Shown: positions 12,737 to 27,026 of the stretch, piece after piece
Numbering within the stretch: the stretch's first letter is position 1
Layout of the letters: every line of letters starts with the position of its first letter
NCBI GenBank assembly: GCA_023231475.1
Contig: JALJEE010000987.1
Span: 1-64,000, forward strand
Source: Seison nebaliae
Taxonomy: Eukaryota
Reading direction: 5' to 3'
DNA length: 64,000 bases
Made by a program: the position numbers and the translations under genes
The notes under the pieces: generated by a model
Told to the model about the DNA's origin: nothing
Seen by the model: the letters and a program-made list of their open reading frames with translations, nothing else
Database searches by the model: none

Positions 12737-15098
12737 TCAGAGAACACTTGTAGCAGTAGATGAAAAATTTTTCGAATCGTTCTCCAAATTATTCTGATCG
12801 ATCGTTGAAGGAAATCTCGTTTGTTGACTAAATATTACATCTTCATTATCTATATTGTCTGACAAGGATTGGACATTACTTATCCTTTCATTACTAATCG
12901 ATTGCTCATTAATTCCATTTGTCATATCAAAGTCATCGGTTGATCTTAAAGGCGAATATTCCATAGAATTATTTCGGAAAAAATTTTTCGATTTTGAAAT
13001 GAATCGACGAATATTTGTCGTACGTTGAATAGGCGCTAAATGTAAATTAGACAAATTAACAATTGCCATTCTCTCTTCTTCATTGTGAATGGTTGTTTGT
13101 TGGTTATTTGATGGTTTTGATACAATATTATCATTCGAGTTGTTTTCCAAATGTTGTGCAAGTCGCATATAACGTGGATTATCAAGAGTGGGTCGGAATT
13201 GATATCCGGTAATGACGAAGAAAATCGCAGTTGCTATTTCCGCAAACAGTTCATCCAGCCATCCCAAATCGAATGAAACGATTATCTAATTGTGAAAAAA
13301 GGAAATCAGTAGGAATTTGATTAGAATTTCAATTAACTTTTATAAGGAAAACGATGATGCGCGTGAAATAAATATAAATAATAATCGAAGTGTAAAAATG
13401 GCGAAAGATTCTTAGTTTTGCCAATGATGAATGTAATTTACCATCGACAACGGCAGCTCTCTGTAAATGACGAACTGACCAAATAATTGGAACGAAAACG
13501 GCTCCACAACAAAGTAGATCAACCAGAAAGAAGATGTTTCTCCATACTGTGACACTCTCTTCACTCCTTTCGCCTTCTTGAATAATGACGTCAGCAATGT
13601 TGGCAATTAATTGCAATGGAATAACTAGAAAGAATAATCGTTTTTCTCCCACTGAGAGAACGTGTTTAATGAACGACCATCCGGATCCCACCATCAACAC
13701 AGCAATGAACAATAATAAGCCTTTGCAAAGATGAACGATATAGTAAAGGATGGCCCACGCTCGTTCATGTCGACCATTAACGCCGATATAATATAAATTT
13801 AACTAAAATTAATATGTTGATGGGAAAAATTAAAGAAAATTTAAACTGAATGTAACATCAACGACAATGATTTTACGTAAATTAACGATAGCATTAACCA
13901 ATGTATTCGTAGAACTGGTGTGGCCGAAACGGCATTTGAGAATTTCTTATAAACTTCTTGTCGATTATTATCTATTCGATTATTAGACGATTGGGAGGAT
14001 GCAACCTTTGATTGTTGATGACGTTTAAGGAGAACGAATAACCAAACATTGGCAATGAGGAAGAAGATGACAGATAAAGCGAAATAGACATATGGCAAAG
14101 GCGCTTCATCTGCTGACAAGAAAGAACGATAATTTCTTTCATAGACATTCACGTGAAAATTCACAGAATAATCTTGAATTCGATGATTTGTTTTATCTGC
14201 GCAGTTTAGGAAATAGAATGAATATTGACCGGTCTCATCTTCGCGTTGAACAAGAACACTAAACTAATAAAATTCTAAAGAAGAAATTGAATCTTATAAA
14301 AAAAACTTCAAAATTGATTTTTGTTTTGTTCTCGGTAAATTCATACGATAGTTCTCTTGACAAAGGAATCATTGTCGAAATGTCAACAGTTGAAGAAGTG
14401 TGATGAATGGATGGATGAGATATATCACTTAAATCTTTTGTACCACTTGCTCTCATGAAAGAACTGATTCGACTATTCGCTGAATTCATCGTTTCAAATT
14501 TGTTCAACAACTGTAAAAATTCGACGGATTTACCTTTTCGATCTAATTTAATTCTAAAATAAAAGATTAAAATACATTTTCTTCTAATCTTCCAAATTGA
14601 ACTTTTTTTCATTATTTAAAAAAGTGAATATAACACTTCCTACATTCTTATCTTTTTTCGTTCTTGTCGTTCTTCCTCCACATGCTTCCATTCGCGTATC
14701 CTACGAATAAAATTCAACTATTCTTCATTAATAAAATAAAATACCAACACCATAATAATTGGCAGTCATATCTCTTCCATAACTAGTATATGTTCGTTCG
14801 AGAACAAATGAAAACTAAGAATGATTATAAACAAATCATAGAGCAACATCTAACTGGTACTGTTTCTTGAGTTGAGAATAAAGTATGATTAAAATTGGAA
14901 ATTTTAAAGGAGATTATTCCATTTTTTAAAAGTCCAAAAGATGCTAATGTAATTTTAGGACGACGGTCATTCTATGGAATAAAAAATTCAATTAAAACTT
15001 TTTAGAGAACTGGAAAAAAGAACATTAATATTGAATGAATGGATTCGACTATCTACATATTGAACAAAGTAGAATGTAACAAGTATAAAAAATTTCAT
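12737..15098 (-). CDS. GPR107: GPR107/GPR108-family (Lung seven transmembrane receptor) protein; 8 exons
   Basis: Spliced N-terminus MKFFILVTFYFVQYVDSRIHSFNINNDRRPKITLASFGLFKNG; motifs FLSADEAPLP, GSGWSFIKHVLS, LVDLLCCGAVFVPIIWSVRHL, FFVITGYQFRP. Seven short introns, all with GTT donors (e.g. 13286-13337, 13803-13846). Confidence 0.9.
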
Positions 15099-15315
15099 AT
15101 TGTTTCAGTACATTGCTTCGTTCGACATTGATCAAAAAAACAGGAAGCTTGTCCAATCCAAACAATTTCTGTCAATCAACAAAATAATAACTAGATTAAT
15201 AACAAGAAGAGAATTAGAGAGCGCTGAAAATTCATCAATGAATCTGACAATTGTCAGATAAAGAAAAAATGTTATGAAATGAAATTTTGAAAAATGATAT
15301 CGGTTTTTTTTCATA

Positions 15316-17085
15316 TTATCGATTCAGAGGTTCCAATTTTCGGTTCTTGCGATCTTGTAATTTCTTTTTGAAATGGAGTCGTTTCACTGAAGTGTTTTTC
15401 TGATTTTTCTTTTTTCGGTTTTGTAATGAATCAATACGATGTCGGAGAGATGAGGGTATCATATAAGAAGGTAAAGAAGTGAGGTTCGGTGGTGCATGTC
15501 TACCCGACCTCAGAAAACCATCACTACGGAGATAAGATAAATCTTGCGGATGTTCATCAAAGAATTGCTTAAGTTTTTTTGAATTAACGATCTCTTTCTT
15601 AATCTCATTTAATCGACATTTCCTAATGACCAAAGGTGTTAGCGAACTCAAAACATCAGTTGCTCGATAATTGAATGCGCTTAATTCTTCGATTTGAAAT
15701 TTGAAATCTTTGAAGATAATAAATTGGTTATCGTGCGATGTCGAAGGAATTGATCGATCTTCAATTTCTTCTGATTTCTCTTCTTTCTTTTCTGATTCTT
15801 CTTCTTCGTCTGTCGATATGTTCATCAATTCTGCCAATTCTTTATCAATATCTTTCACCAATTGCATTTCATTCGAATGTTCTTCGTCGATCATCAATAA
15901 CGACACTCCTTCGTCATTACCCCGTGCACACCGTCCAGCTTTATGGATATAATTTGAAGTAGAATCAGGAGCATCGAAATGAACGACATAAGTTAAAGAA
16001 GAATAATCAATTCCTCGAGCAAAGTTACATAATGGTTGATCAGTTTCTTTTTTCTTTTCATCTTTTTTCTTCGAAGTCTTCTGCTTCTTACTCTTTTCCA
16101 TTTCCTTTGTATCATTGTCATCCTCCTCATCGGAGATGTTCTCATTGCAACAAATAATAATATTATATGCATCGTCATTAAATTGTTGTAAGGTTCGAAG
16201 ACGACAATTAAGTGGCAACTTGTTATTCAAAGTACATGAACGAATTTTGAATCGTTCTAGGAATAATCGAACACAATACGCACGGTCAATACTTCGGACG
16301 AAAATGAGACACTTCCCATTCAATAATTTCAACTTTAGTAATGAATATAAAATTGTAAATTTCATAATATCATTCTCACAATTTAATTTGAAATGGGACA
16401 ACTGTTTTAAGTAAGGCAGAGGCGATTCCTTCAAATTCAAGAGAGTGGAATTATGCAATAAAAGCTTCTTCAGATTTGTCGTCGATTCGTTGAGAGTTGC
16501 TGAGCACATGAAAATTTGAATGTTCAATGGGAGATATTTCGACAATTTCTGCATTGAATCACCGTGACGGAAAGTGAGAATCAGATCCGCTTCATCTATC
16601 ACAAGGAATTGTAATGAATCTCTCAAATTCAAACAATGTTCTTCAATAAACTTTAATAATTTCGTGGGAGTGCATACAAGAACATTGGGTGGTTCATGTT
16701 TCAACATCGTTGCCATCGCATGTTCAGAAGAACAAATTGTCCCATTCATAACGTTTAGACGGCTGTATGTCATCAACTTCTCGCAAATCTTCATAACTTG
16801 ATGACATAATTCTTTGGATGGGAGAAGTATAAGACAATCGATTCCATTCGATTCTTTTTTTCTTTCCGATTTCCTCATTAAACGATTGATAATTGGCAAA
16901 AGATAAGCACCCGTTTTACCCGATCCAGTTCGTCCACGTGCCACAATATTACCATTCTTGTTAAATAAACGAATCGACTCTTCTTGGATTGGAGTTGGAC
17001 ATTCCCATCCTAATTCTGTAATCGCCTTCAACAATTTCTCATTGAAAGAGAATGCTTCAAATTTATCGCATTTTTCCTCCGTCAT
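15316..17085 (-). CDS. DDX56: DEAD-box RNA helicase DDX56/Dbp9; single ORF
   Basis: PTPIQ, GRTGSGKTGAY, LVIDEADL, SATL, ARGIDY and YIHKAGRCARG motifs; Dbp9-type C-terminus (IKKEIVNSKKLKQFFDEHPQDL). Confidence 0.92.
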   Translation of the reverse strand: MTEEKCDKFEAFSFNEKLLKAITELGWECPTPIQEESIRLFNKNGNIVARGRTGSGKTGAYLLPIINRLMRKSERKKESNGIDCLILLPSKELCHQVMKICEKLMTYSRLNVMNGTICSSEHAMATMLKHEPPNVLVCTPTKLLKFIEEHCLNLRDSLQFLVIDEADLILTFRHGDSMQKLSKYLPLNIQIFMCSATLNESTTNLKKLLLHNSTLLNLKESPLPYLKQLSHFKLNCENDIMKFTILYSLLKLKLLNGKCLIFVRSIDRAYCVRLFLERFKIRSCTLNNKLPLNCRLRTLQQFNDDAYNIIICCNENISDEEDDNDTKEMEKSKKQKTSKKKDEKKKETDQPLCNFARGIDYSSLTYVVHFDAPDSTSNYIHKAGRCARGNDEGVSLLMIDEEHSNEMQLVKDIDKELAELMNISTDEEEESEKKEEKSEEIEDRSIPSTSHDNQFIIFKDFKFQIEELSAFNYRATDVLSSLTPLVIRKCRLNEIKKEIVNSKKLKQFFDEHPQDLSYLRSDGFLRSGRHAPPNLTSLPSYMIPSSLRHRIDSLQNRKKKNQKNTSVKRLHFKKKLQDRKNRKLEPLNR

Positions 17086-17631
17086 TATTTCAATTAGTTC
17101 GATGAAAAATCCTCGTTCTTTTATCAAACAAAAAATAAATATGCGAATGATTCAACAATAAACGAGCGTTTTAATTTTATTAGAACGATTTCTTCCGAAA
17201 AAGACTTATGATTTGAATTGAAAATTCAATTATCTTCTTTCAATTTCATTGAATTCAATTCAATCTTAAATGTCATCAATTTCATATAGATGTTATTGGA
17301 TTGTATTTTCCTGAAATTATCATCGTTTTACTTCATTTTCTCTAATGTTTTGTTGGTTGGAATTGGAAAAATCGAATTTTCTGTGAGAAATAAATTTTAA
17401 TTAAAATTTATCAATTAATATAAAACTTCTGAACTTTGTAAATTGAAGAAAATGTATTGAAAAAATTAATTTAAAACTCGAAATATTTCTAGAAGACTAA
17501 AGTAATTCTCATTGAATGAATTATAATACAAATCTATAAAACTCTAAATGATAGAATGATTAAATATTTATGGTTAACCAAAATTCTTCTAATTATTCTA
17601 CGGTAGAATGGAAAGCTTATAAGTGTTTATT

Positions 17632-19164
17632 ATGGCATTATCTCCTTCCTCCGTCATCCGAGAGATCAAAAAGATTGATCGAAAAATTAGGAAACAAAAG
17701 AATGATTCATCGGAATTCCAATTGTTGGGCAAGAATGATGAAGAGTGGTCAAAGTTCTTCCATTATTACATCTTAAATGGAACAATGAAATGTGACGACG
17801 ATTTGTTGTTTTATGTAAAAAAGGAAGCAGATGGCAAAATTATCAAACCCAAAAACGATGAAGTTTTTCTATTTCTTCCCATCAAACTTTCAGTTCCATT
17901 CAATTTGGAGATAGTAGAGGTGAAAGTTTTCCGTCGAAATACAACGGCCATTCCATCATCGAAAGATCTGTCTTTTAATTGGAAAGATACGATCTTACTG
18001 AATATTATCATAAATAATGTTCTTTTTTCATCTTTTTCAATTTTATTATTCTTTTGTTGTTTGATGGAAGATGACATATAGATTAACATTAGCTATTTGC
18101 GCCATAAAACAAAAAGAATTATTTGTAATTGAAAAGAAAACAACCGTTTATCTTTTTCTCTTCAAGAACAATTAATGAATGAATTGGATTTAGGAAGTTT
18201 ATGCAACGCCTAGTCAACGTCAGATGAATGGTAAAGGTGTGGAAGAGAAAATGGCATTCCCGAACATTTACTTTCATATTGATGATTTTGAAAATGTTTT
18301 GTTTTCTTTAATTGTTCGTTAATTGAAATTGTGAGAAGACATTCCAAAACATTCGAATAAAGAGAGATCATATAGCTTGTGTAGAATTAGTGGGCGAGGT
18401 GGCTGATGAAGACAATAAAGTTCACGAATATGTTCTATTTATCGGAAGCATCAAATATGAGATCTTGAAAAATATTTATGATTCAAAGGTTCATTCATCC
18501 ATTGATCATGTCTCGATTATTTTGGATAAGGAATTGGAGAAATCGAACAAATCATCAAAAAGAAAAGAATTCATTCGAATGAAAGGACCGAATGTTTTTT
18601 TATTTCTTTTTTTGCAGTTTCAATTGATAAATTGATCATTTGCAGAGTGTTGGATTTGCAGAAATGGCCGTATCGAAGCCAATTAAGAAAATGTTAGTCA
18701 AAGGACGTCATTCCATGTCAACCAGACCATCAATTCAATTCGACCAAATGAAAGATGTTCCACAACCATCTGTAATGACGACGTCTTTAATGAATGAGAA
18801 TGTTTTCTCTGAGCCACAGTCTCCATACAAGTCGAAAATGAACCGAGAATATGAAAGAAAGACAATGTTCCAACCGAAATATCGTACTGATTCTCTAACG
18901 AATTGGTTCAGTACAGGAAAGGAGTTTGGCGGAAAGAACTTCATAAAAAGTATCCAAGATATGGCATACATGTCACTAAGTCGAATAAATAGTAAGAGTT
19001 CAGTGAATGAAGATGGAATGAATGATGATGATGATGATGAAAATGATTATAAGTACGAAGAGCAATTGAATGTCCAATTGACATATACGACTATTACCCT
19101 CCAGACTATAAGCACCATTCTATTTGCATTAAGTAGTCGCATTCCGATTTTGAATAAGAAGTAA
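17632..19164 (+). CDS. KIAA0930: KIAA0930 / DUF2045 family protein; ~7 exons
   Basis: Spliced product contains DDLLFYVK, VKVFRR, NWKDTILLNII, VYATPSQRQMNGKG, FPNIYFHIDDFE, CVELVG, LFIGSIKY, EFIRMKGP and GFAEMAVS. Six inferred short introns. Confidence 0.85.
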
Positions 19165-20434
19165 ACAAGTTTTATTTAAATGACAATTTTACGTTGTGCT
19201 CATTATCATTCAATTTTTTAATTTATTATTAATGTTATAATTCCCTATTAAATTCATGTTTATTTATTGATTTCTACTTAACATCTTTATTTATTATTTT
19301 CAATCAATAAATTATAAATTTCGAAGAGGTATTATCCTTCATAGAGAATTATATGTTATAATTATAGAAATTCCCCCGAAAAACTACATGTTTAGTAGCA
19401 TTTTTTCTGATGTTTCTCACAATATTTTGATGTGAGATAATATTTTTCGAGATAAAATTAAACATAGATTAGTGATAAAAATTGAAGGAAACGTAATTCA
19501 AATTTATTTCTTTCTTTCTTGTATGCCCAATCTGTCAAAGCTGAATTTCGAATAGTAATATACCAAATATTATAATTTTTTTACATAATTGGGTTCAGCT
19601 GGATGAATAGATTCTGATTTTTTAAACATTTTTATTAAGACGTGAAATCCCCATAGGATAAAGCATAAATAAAATCAATAAGGGAAGAAAAATTGCTACG
19701 GGAAATAAAATCACGACTGAAGTTGTCTACGAGCGCTTCCCAATCTTCCATGGAATATTATCCAGAGTGGAAAGATAGGATAATTAAAATTTTTCAATCA
19801 AGTTAAATTTTTTTTATATTTTGTATCGATTTTCCATACCTTCGAAACCGAATATTTTACTTAAATTGAGTAATTGTTAAAATTTATTGAGGTTTGATAA
19901 TTCAGAAAGAGAGAAAAATGAAGTTTGTTAATTAATGGGTTATCATCGGTTTTCCCGATGTTAGGACTATTAGAAAGAGCTTGAACAGGACTATCTAACG
20001 ATATGGTCCTTTAAATATATAATGGTATTTGAAGAAAGTGATGAGAATTTTAAAAAAATCTAATTTAGTCGATATATATATATTTTTTAAATGATATAGT
20101 AAAAGATGAATGAAAAGGGTTAAATTTTATTTGAAATTTCCCATATTTCCTACAATAAACTCTGGTCTTTCTCCGTTCTCATTACCGTTAATTGTTCAAT
20201 AATTAAAGATCTGTAATTACCTAATAAGTTCTTATGTTAAATGATAATATAATGAATAATACTGAATTCGCACACATGAACAAAGAAATGAATAAATTGA
20301 TAGAATTTGAAAGATATATGAAGTAAAACACACACTTTGAATAAATATAAACTCCTCATATAAATGTTCAATTGAACAGGAAAAACGCAAACAATTAAGA
20401 ATGATAATAAACGTTCGATGACTAATAAATGAAG

Positions 20435-22621
20435 TCAATTAGTTGTATTGAACCTAATTCTGGTTTCGCTTAATTTCGCTACTTCTGCTCTTCTAAGATC
20501 GATTCGATCATATATTACACCATCCACGTCGAACCCAATAATTTTTTCTCTTCCATTTGACGAATTGAGTTCGCTTCCCCAGACAAATACTTTTAGTGAA
20601 AGTCGTCGCGCATGCTCCACTTGTTGGGCGCCACTAGCTTTCAATAGATCTTCACTATGAAGAATCACTCCATCCAATCCGATAACATGAGCATATAATA
20701 TTGATTTGCTCACTTTTTGTGCTCTAATATCTAAATATGGATAATATTTTTTAGTTGGCCCTTGACTGAGAAGGAAAACCGAATAAACATTTTGTTTCAC
20801 TTTCATCATATTGGCAATATCTGGATCGAAACATGATAAGATAATGTGTCGCGATTTTGCATAGCAAAAGAGAACACTTAATATCATATCTACATATTCA
20901 TTTCGTTCGAAGAAATCTTTTATCTCATATCTTCCATCAATCAATTGCATCGGATATTTCACTTCCAAATTGAATCCGAGATTAGATGGTGATTTCTCCA
21001 ATATCTCTCTCAATGTTGGTAACGGTTTATCTTCCATCGAATTATGTTTGTCTATTGGAGAGTATGGTTGAATATCCTTCAATTGTTCCCAAGTTAATTC
21101 ATGAATTGGGTATGGTACAATTATTTCTTTATCACTCTCCTTCTTCTTCGGGAGAGATATTTTGAGAGTGAAATCATGATAAATAACTGGAATTCGATCT
21201 TTTGTCATAATGATATCGGTTTCAATAAAATCGGCACCATGCTTAAACGCTTGAGTGAAAGAGGCAATCGTATTTTCATTAACATCTGGTCGTTCGCCAC
21301 AAGCAACTTGGAAAGATGAACCCATTCCACGATGACCGACATGAAATAAAGGTTTCGTCTTTTTCAGAGTTCGAGAGAAAATGGCAACATTTCTTAATTG
21401 GTTATCGATCATTCGGAACTCATGTTCCGTTAAGATCGGTGCCCTTATAGACGTTCTGGATAAACAATCTATTTGTCTACGATTTCCTCTATTTAACATG
21501 CTATTAGTAGATGGTGTATCTGAAGTTTTAGCTTCAACAATTGTCTCATTTTCTTTTCCGTTATCATTCCTCTTACAACTATCGTCTATTCCCAATTTCT
21601 TTAAAGTCATAAGCGGAGACATTGATCTATCAGGTGTCCCATAAGTATAGAACAATCCGGTATATATCATTGTGTGAACACGTAACCGAGCTTGTGTTCT
21701 AATCAGATCATTTTGCTGCAACATTAAAGGCAAAATGTGAGTATTAAATGAAGAAGAATTCGAATGTTTTTTTGAAATGTGAATTGGACCAATCGACGTA
21801 TGCCCGATATCATCATCATGTGTTCCATCAAATAAATGAATATTGAAAGCGACATCATCAAATGTCGATCCTCTAGCACGAAATATTAACAAATCTTCAA
21901 CGTCGATAAATATTGCATCATTTTCGTTAAAATTTTTCCATCCAGTCGCCTCGTCTCCCCCAATTTTCGAATATTCCAAAATATAATTATTAAAATTGTT
22001 CGATTGATAGTCAGAAAGAGATCTGGTGGATGATCTCGGTCGCAATTCGTTTAAACTATATTGGCAATTACTCATCACCAATTTGGTGGCGGAGAATTTC
22101 ACTCGAATTTTTAATGCTTCATTTTTGTCTTTCTTCTTTCGTAACGACGATGGCAAATTACAAATGTTGTCAGTACAGGTGATGAAATGTGAGAGAGTAA
22201 ACCATGGACAAAAACTAATATGGATTTCTGTCTGACCGTGTAAAAGCCATCCGCGAATCAATGAAATTCTTTTTCCTTCAGTGTCTTCACCAAATTTATA
22301 TATCTTTTTTTCGGAAGTATTAAAATGACGTGGCGGTTCGTTTATTTCGATCAAATTCACAAAAATATCTCTATCAACTACAAAGGCAGTTAACAATCGA
22401 AAATAAATATCTTTGTGTTTCCCTACCAATTCAATACTTTTCTTGAATTGCTTTGTGGTATCGTTATTTTTCGTGATATCTTTATCGATACAAATGGCTT
22501 TATCTATTTGCCAATTACCGAGTTCGGGAATGTTTCCTACCAAAAATATTCCCTCCAGTGCTTGAAGTTGGTCTTTTTGAATAGAAACATTAATTTCTAA
22601 TTCATTTCCGTCCATCTTCAT
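20435..22621 (-). CDS. GPCPD1: Glycerophosphocholine phosphodiesterase (CBM20 + GDPD domain); single ORF
   Basis: N-terminal VGNIPELGNW (CBM20); VGHRGMGSS, ENTIASF, GADFIETDI, PVIYHDF and NLEVKYP motifs. Confidence 0.92.
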   Translation of the reverse strand: MKMDGNELEINVSIQKDQLQALEGIFLVGNIPELGNWQIDKAICIDKDITKNNDTTKQFKKSIELVGKHKDIYFRLLTAFVVDRDIFVNLIEINEPPRHFNTSEKKIYKFGEDTEGKRISLIRGWLLHGQTEIHISFCPWFTLSHFITCTDNICNLPSSLRKKKDKNEALKIRVKFSATKLVMSNCQYSLNELRPRSSTRSLSDYQSNNFNNYILEYSKIGGDEATGWKNFNENDAIFIDVEDLLIFRARGSTFDDVAFNIHLFDGTHDDDIGHTSIGPIHISKKHSNSSSFNTHILPLMLQQNDLIRTQARLRVHTMIYTGLFYTYGTPDRSMSPLMTLKKLGIDDSCKRNDNGKENETIVEAKTSDTPSTNSMLNRGNRRQIDCLSRTSIRAPILTEHEFRMIDNQLRNVAIFSRTLKKTKPLFHVGHRGMGSSFQVACGERPDVNENTIASFTQAFKHGADFIETDIIMTKDRIPVIYHDFTLKISLPKKKESDKEIIVPYPIHELTWEQLKDIQPYSPIDKHNSMEDKPLPTLREILEKSPSNLGFNLEVKYPMQLIDGRYEIKDFFERNEYVDMILSVLFCYAKSRHIILSCFDPDIANMMKVKQNVYSVFLLSQGPTKKYYPYLDIRAQKVSKSILYAHVIGLDGVILHSEDLLKASGAQQVEHARRLSLKVFVWGSELNSSNGREKIIGFDVDGVIYDRIDLRRAEVAKLSETRIRFNTTN

Positions 22622-23461
22622 TACAATACTAACGTTATTGTCTGAGAAAAATTAAGATAATTATTGTTTAATATTTGATGAGAATTAATAAAGAAAATTT
22701 TTTTCTAATCGAAAAATTATTTATGTAAATTATTCATGATAGTGAATCAATTATTTACAATGAACATTGTACGATGGTAGATTATAGGATCTACAATGTG
22801 GATATTTATATAATATAGTTAATGATTTATACAAGTATAATGGTCAGACTTCTATCACTAATATATCATTAGTCGTTTCATGTAAAATTACATAAAATAA
22901 AATTTGTATGTAAAATAAACAATTTTTATTAAACATTTAAAGCTTTCTACTTCACTTTTTATCTTCAAACAAATATTTATATTTCCTTTTCTTCCACTCA
23001 CTTATAAATACATCAGACAATTTATTAACACAGATGTCTACTATATCAAATATATTAAACATTCTTAAAATAAGAAGAAAAACTTATGAGAAGTTAGACA
23101 AGAAAATGATTCTCTTTCATTTGGGCTTACCGTATAAAAGTAGATCTTGGTTATTTTAATTATATTATAATTACAAGATGTGTTAGAGATACGTTCGTAA
23201 GTTGAAGCGCCTTGAAAGATTCAATTTGTCCATTATTTATATGAGAGATGTGTATTATAATCGACAATTAATTCGAATGAAAAGAAGAAAAAATATTTTT
23301 ATAAAAGATTTATCTAATTCGGGATGAAATGGAATGCTTACAAATAAACTACGAATTATTTCCAATGAAAATTAACGATGTGAATAAGGAAAGAAATGAA
23401 TGACACATGAATGTTATCCATTTAAATGAGATTCAATTAGATGAGGTTGTATTTGAAAGTT

Positions 23462-25340
23462 TTATTGTTCCATCGTATTTGTAAAATTAAGAATTGAGGA
23501 TGGTTCACCTTGAAGTTGACTCATACGAATGGCGTTCTCTTTATAAGCCGATTGGTATGATCGTCGAGGACCAGTCGTCAAATTTTTCTCTAAAGGTGAT
23601 TGTTCATTCACATCAACCAGACCGTCATTGCCTGGAGGGATGTAATATGCATATGATTTTTCATCTTAACAAAACAATTATTAAAAACACATAAAAGAAA
23701 AAAATAATTTAAACTATTATTTTCCGATTTAAATTGTCGAAATTGTTGATGTGTGAGAGGCGGTTGTTGTTTATCAATTGTATTTTGGTTTGTTATTTGT
23801 TGCTGGTTACTTAATTGTTCACCAGATATCTGACCACGTTGACCATTGGGAAAAGTTATGTCATTACTTGTATCTGCCAAGTTGGAATTATTGAAAATTA
23901 TAAAAAAAATGAGAATAACAATAATTAGTTCTTGGTGTTGCAGGAGGAATGTTTTCTTGTGTTGTAATATTCACATTATTTGGAACAATTGCTGATGATT
24001 GCATAGCTAGAACGGAATAGTTTGTTTTACAAATTAGATTGTTACATTTGAAAAAGAATATTTTCCCCTAATAATAATTCCAACTACAAAGCCAAACTAG
24101 TTGTGGAAATCGAGTAAATTTAGAGAAGATTTGTGCAAGGAAAAACAATCATTCTCACAACTAAATAACAGAAAGCGAGTTGATAGAATTCGATGACTTT
24201 ACCTGGATTCCTGAAACGAATATCACTAAAGTTAAATTCGCTTCCTGTTGCATTCGACTGACGAATAGTATAAGATGCAGCACTCGGCGTTAACATATGA
24301 CGTTCTGCATCTGTTTTTAATGAAAATGATTGAGAATAAGAAATATCAACGTAATATTCCATTAATATTAAGATCAGCACATATAAAATAAAAAAAAGTC
24401 AAAAATGATGATATAAACCTGCGTTAACGAAACCTTCAGTTACACTGTGGAAGTTTTTATCACTAAAAAGAAAATAAAAGATTTAAAGTTTTTGAGTTTA
24501 ATGAACTTCTTAAATTGTTCCTTCTCTTTTGCTGAAATGAGAGAGATATAAGTTATAAGGTTTAGTTATAAAAGTAAATTGTGCAAAATGAACCATAATT
24601 CTTTTTGTGTTTGACAACGCCAATGATACATCCGACTAATATTCCTAGTAATGCTAACACACCAAGAACAATGAACACAATTTTTAAAATTTCTTTCATA
24701 TAACAAGAATAATAAGAGAAAGTAAAAATGGAATTAAAACGGTATCTTTCTTCATCAATACGTTGATCATTTGTTAGGACTGGTTCTCCGCAAATACGAC
24801 CAGTTTCTTTCAAAACTTTTAAATTGAATTGTAATAAAAGAAAGAGAAATAGTTAGGAAAACTTGAAGTCGATTTTTCAATGATATTCAATTTAATACAT
24901 GGACCAATATTGCCTTGAATGGACGAGATGACACATTTAAATATTCTTGGTATATTTGAGTTTGCCGTTACTTCTTCTTTAGGGATGTTTAATCGTAAAA
25001 CTTTATCTGAATTACTAGTCGTCCAATTTCTGAAAGCTTTGACTTGATTGCCTACCGCTAACAACATCCATTCATCATCTCTTCTTAATGTCAATGAATA
25101 AAATTCATTATCATTATTGTTGTTGTTGGATATTCTGATATCTTTCTGAAAACCAAATCCGAGTAATACAACCGAATCGGCATTGACTGTTGGTAATCGA
25201 CAGTCGATTGTAGCTGGTTGACCCTCCCTTATGCAAATATGACGTAGTGATGAACACATTTGTGTGAAATCATTCTCATCACATACAACCAACAAATAAA
25301 GGAAGTATGAAATCAGGAAAGTTGAGATTAAATAATTCAT
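23462..25340 (-). CDS. Single-pass membrane protein with a divergent Ig-like ectodomain and a multi-exon cytoplasmic tail; ~9 exons
   Basis: Signal peptide, EGQPATIDC...FKC pattern and TM segment IVFIVLGVLALLGILVGCIIGVV. Eight inferred introns keep the frame open to ...FTNTMEQ* (e.g. 24693-24740, 24311-24418, 24007-24202, 23874-23919). Confidence 0.65.
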
Positions 25341-27026
25341 ATTTTTCGCTTGTAAAATTTGCTTTGTAGTAATGAGTAAGTTGGAATGATTGGAGATAAT
25401 TAATTGGTTTGATGATTAAGAGTAATAGATTAAGTGATTGATAAAAGGAAATATAAATGATGAAGTGTCTTGTTACTTTGATTCATTGAATATGAAACGG
25501 TAATATCAGTGATCGTCACAACGATGAAATGAATGAGAAATTCACATAATCACATATGACTAACAATTTATCGTTCTTTTGAAAGGAAATGCACTTCACT
25601 TCAATGAGTTACGTCTTCCGTCTTCTCTAAAATGTTCATTATTCTCTCTAAATGTTGTTCCAATCGTTTTCAGTTGTCAATTAATCTTCTTTCGCGTTCG
25701 GGACATTATCCTATTAACATTTTAAGTCTCTCTGAAACAACTTGCTGCACTCTTTACTTTTAAATCTAAAGCTTGTACAAACATAATTGTGTAAATCCAA
25801 ATTATTTTTAATTCAACTATTCAATCAATTTACCTTGACATTTTACCGTAATAATCGGTAATTTTCACTATAAAACATACATGGAGAGTGTGAACCGCAA
25901 TATGTGGGAATGAATAACACAAATGTTTGATTAAGCGAAACAAGACAAGAAATATCGATTAACAATTGTGGGAAAATATCGCTGTTCTATAGTAGGAATT
26001 CTGATGTAGAGATATTATTGTCATACAATATATATTGCATATACTATATGTATTATATAGTATTGTTACAATTGTAACCACTTTTACTGATAGACGTCAA
26101 GACATATTGATATATATGATAGATCGACCATTTATACACTGCTTACTGCTACAGATATCTTATACATTCTTGATATTTTTCACCAAAAATATTATATTAT
26201 ATGATGAAAATATTAATAAATCGGATGTGAATTTTGCCCGTTATTGGAAATTGAACAAACACATAGTTATTCTTTACTATTGACAATGTGAACTTTAATG
26301 TGAGTCATGAACTAATTGGTAAACTAAAAACTAAAGTCACCATTCGACGGAAGTTCATACATAATCATGCTATCTGTGTTGTTATTTTGATAAAATTATA
26401 AAAAATAGATATGGAAAAGATTTAGTTTTCTCGATAATTAAATGTGCGTATCTTTAATTTGAAATTCACCTTTTTTATGCACGTCTCTGAAATCTTCCTG
26501 TTCCTGAAATGTTATCGTTGATTCAAATTTATAAAAGATTTTTCGAAAAAATAAAAGAGTGAGACAAAGATGTATTTTCTTGTCCCATTGACTTGCGATT
26601 GGCGAGATTTTAATTTAATTTAATCAATTGTTATCAATTTAATCTCATTCGAATGAATAATCATCAATAATGAATTTAATAGTATACTATGTAGTATACT
26701 ATGAATTACTAGTGTACTCTATTATAATGAACTCAATTTGTCCAAGCCACGGATATGTTACTATCCTTTTATATCTGTCTTCATTTCTTTATTCTTTGTT
26801 GTGCAAAAATAAAAAATTATTCCTTTACACACTTTAAAATGAAAATATTTTATTTTCATTATAAATTTACTTTTCAATAATATTATATATTTAATATGTT
26901 ATAAGGTTAAAGATTGTCGTTTATTTCACAAAAGACTGGAAACCGTAGAAAAAATTAACAAAGAATAAAATACTTTTATAGAGATTTACGATCTGCTTCT
27001 CAATCGTTATTAGAGCGAAGAAAAGT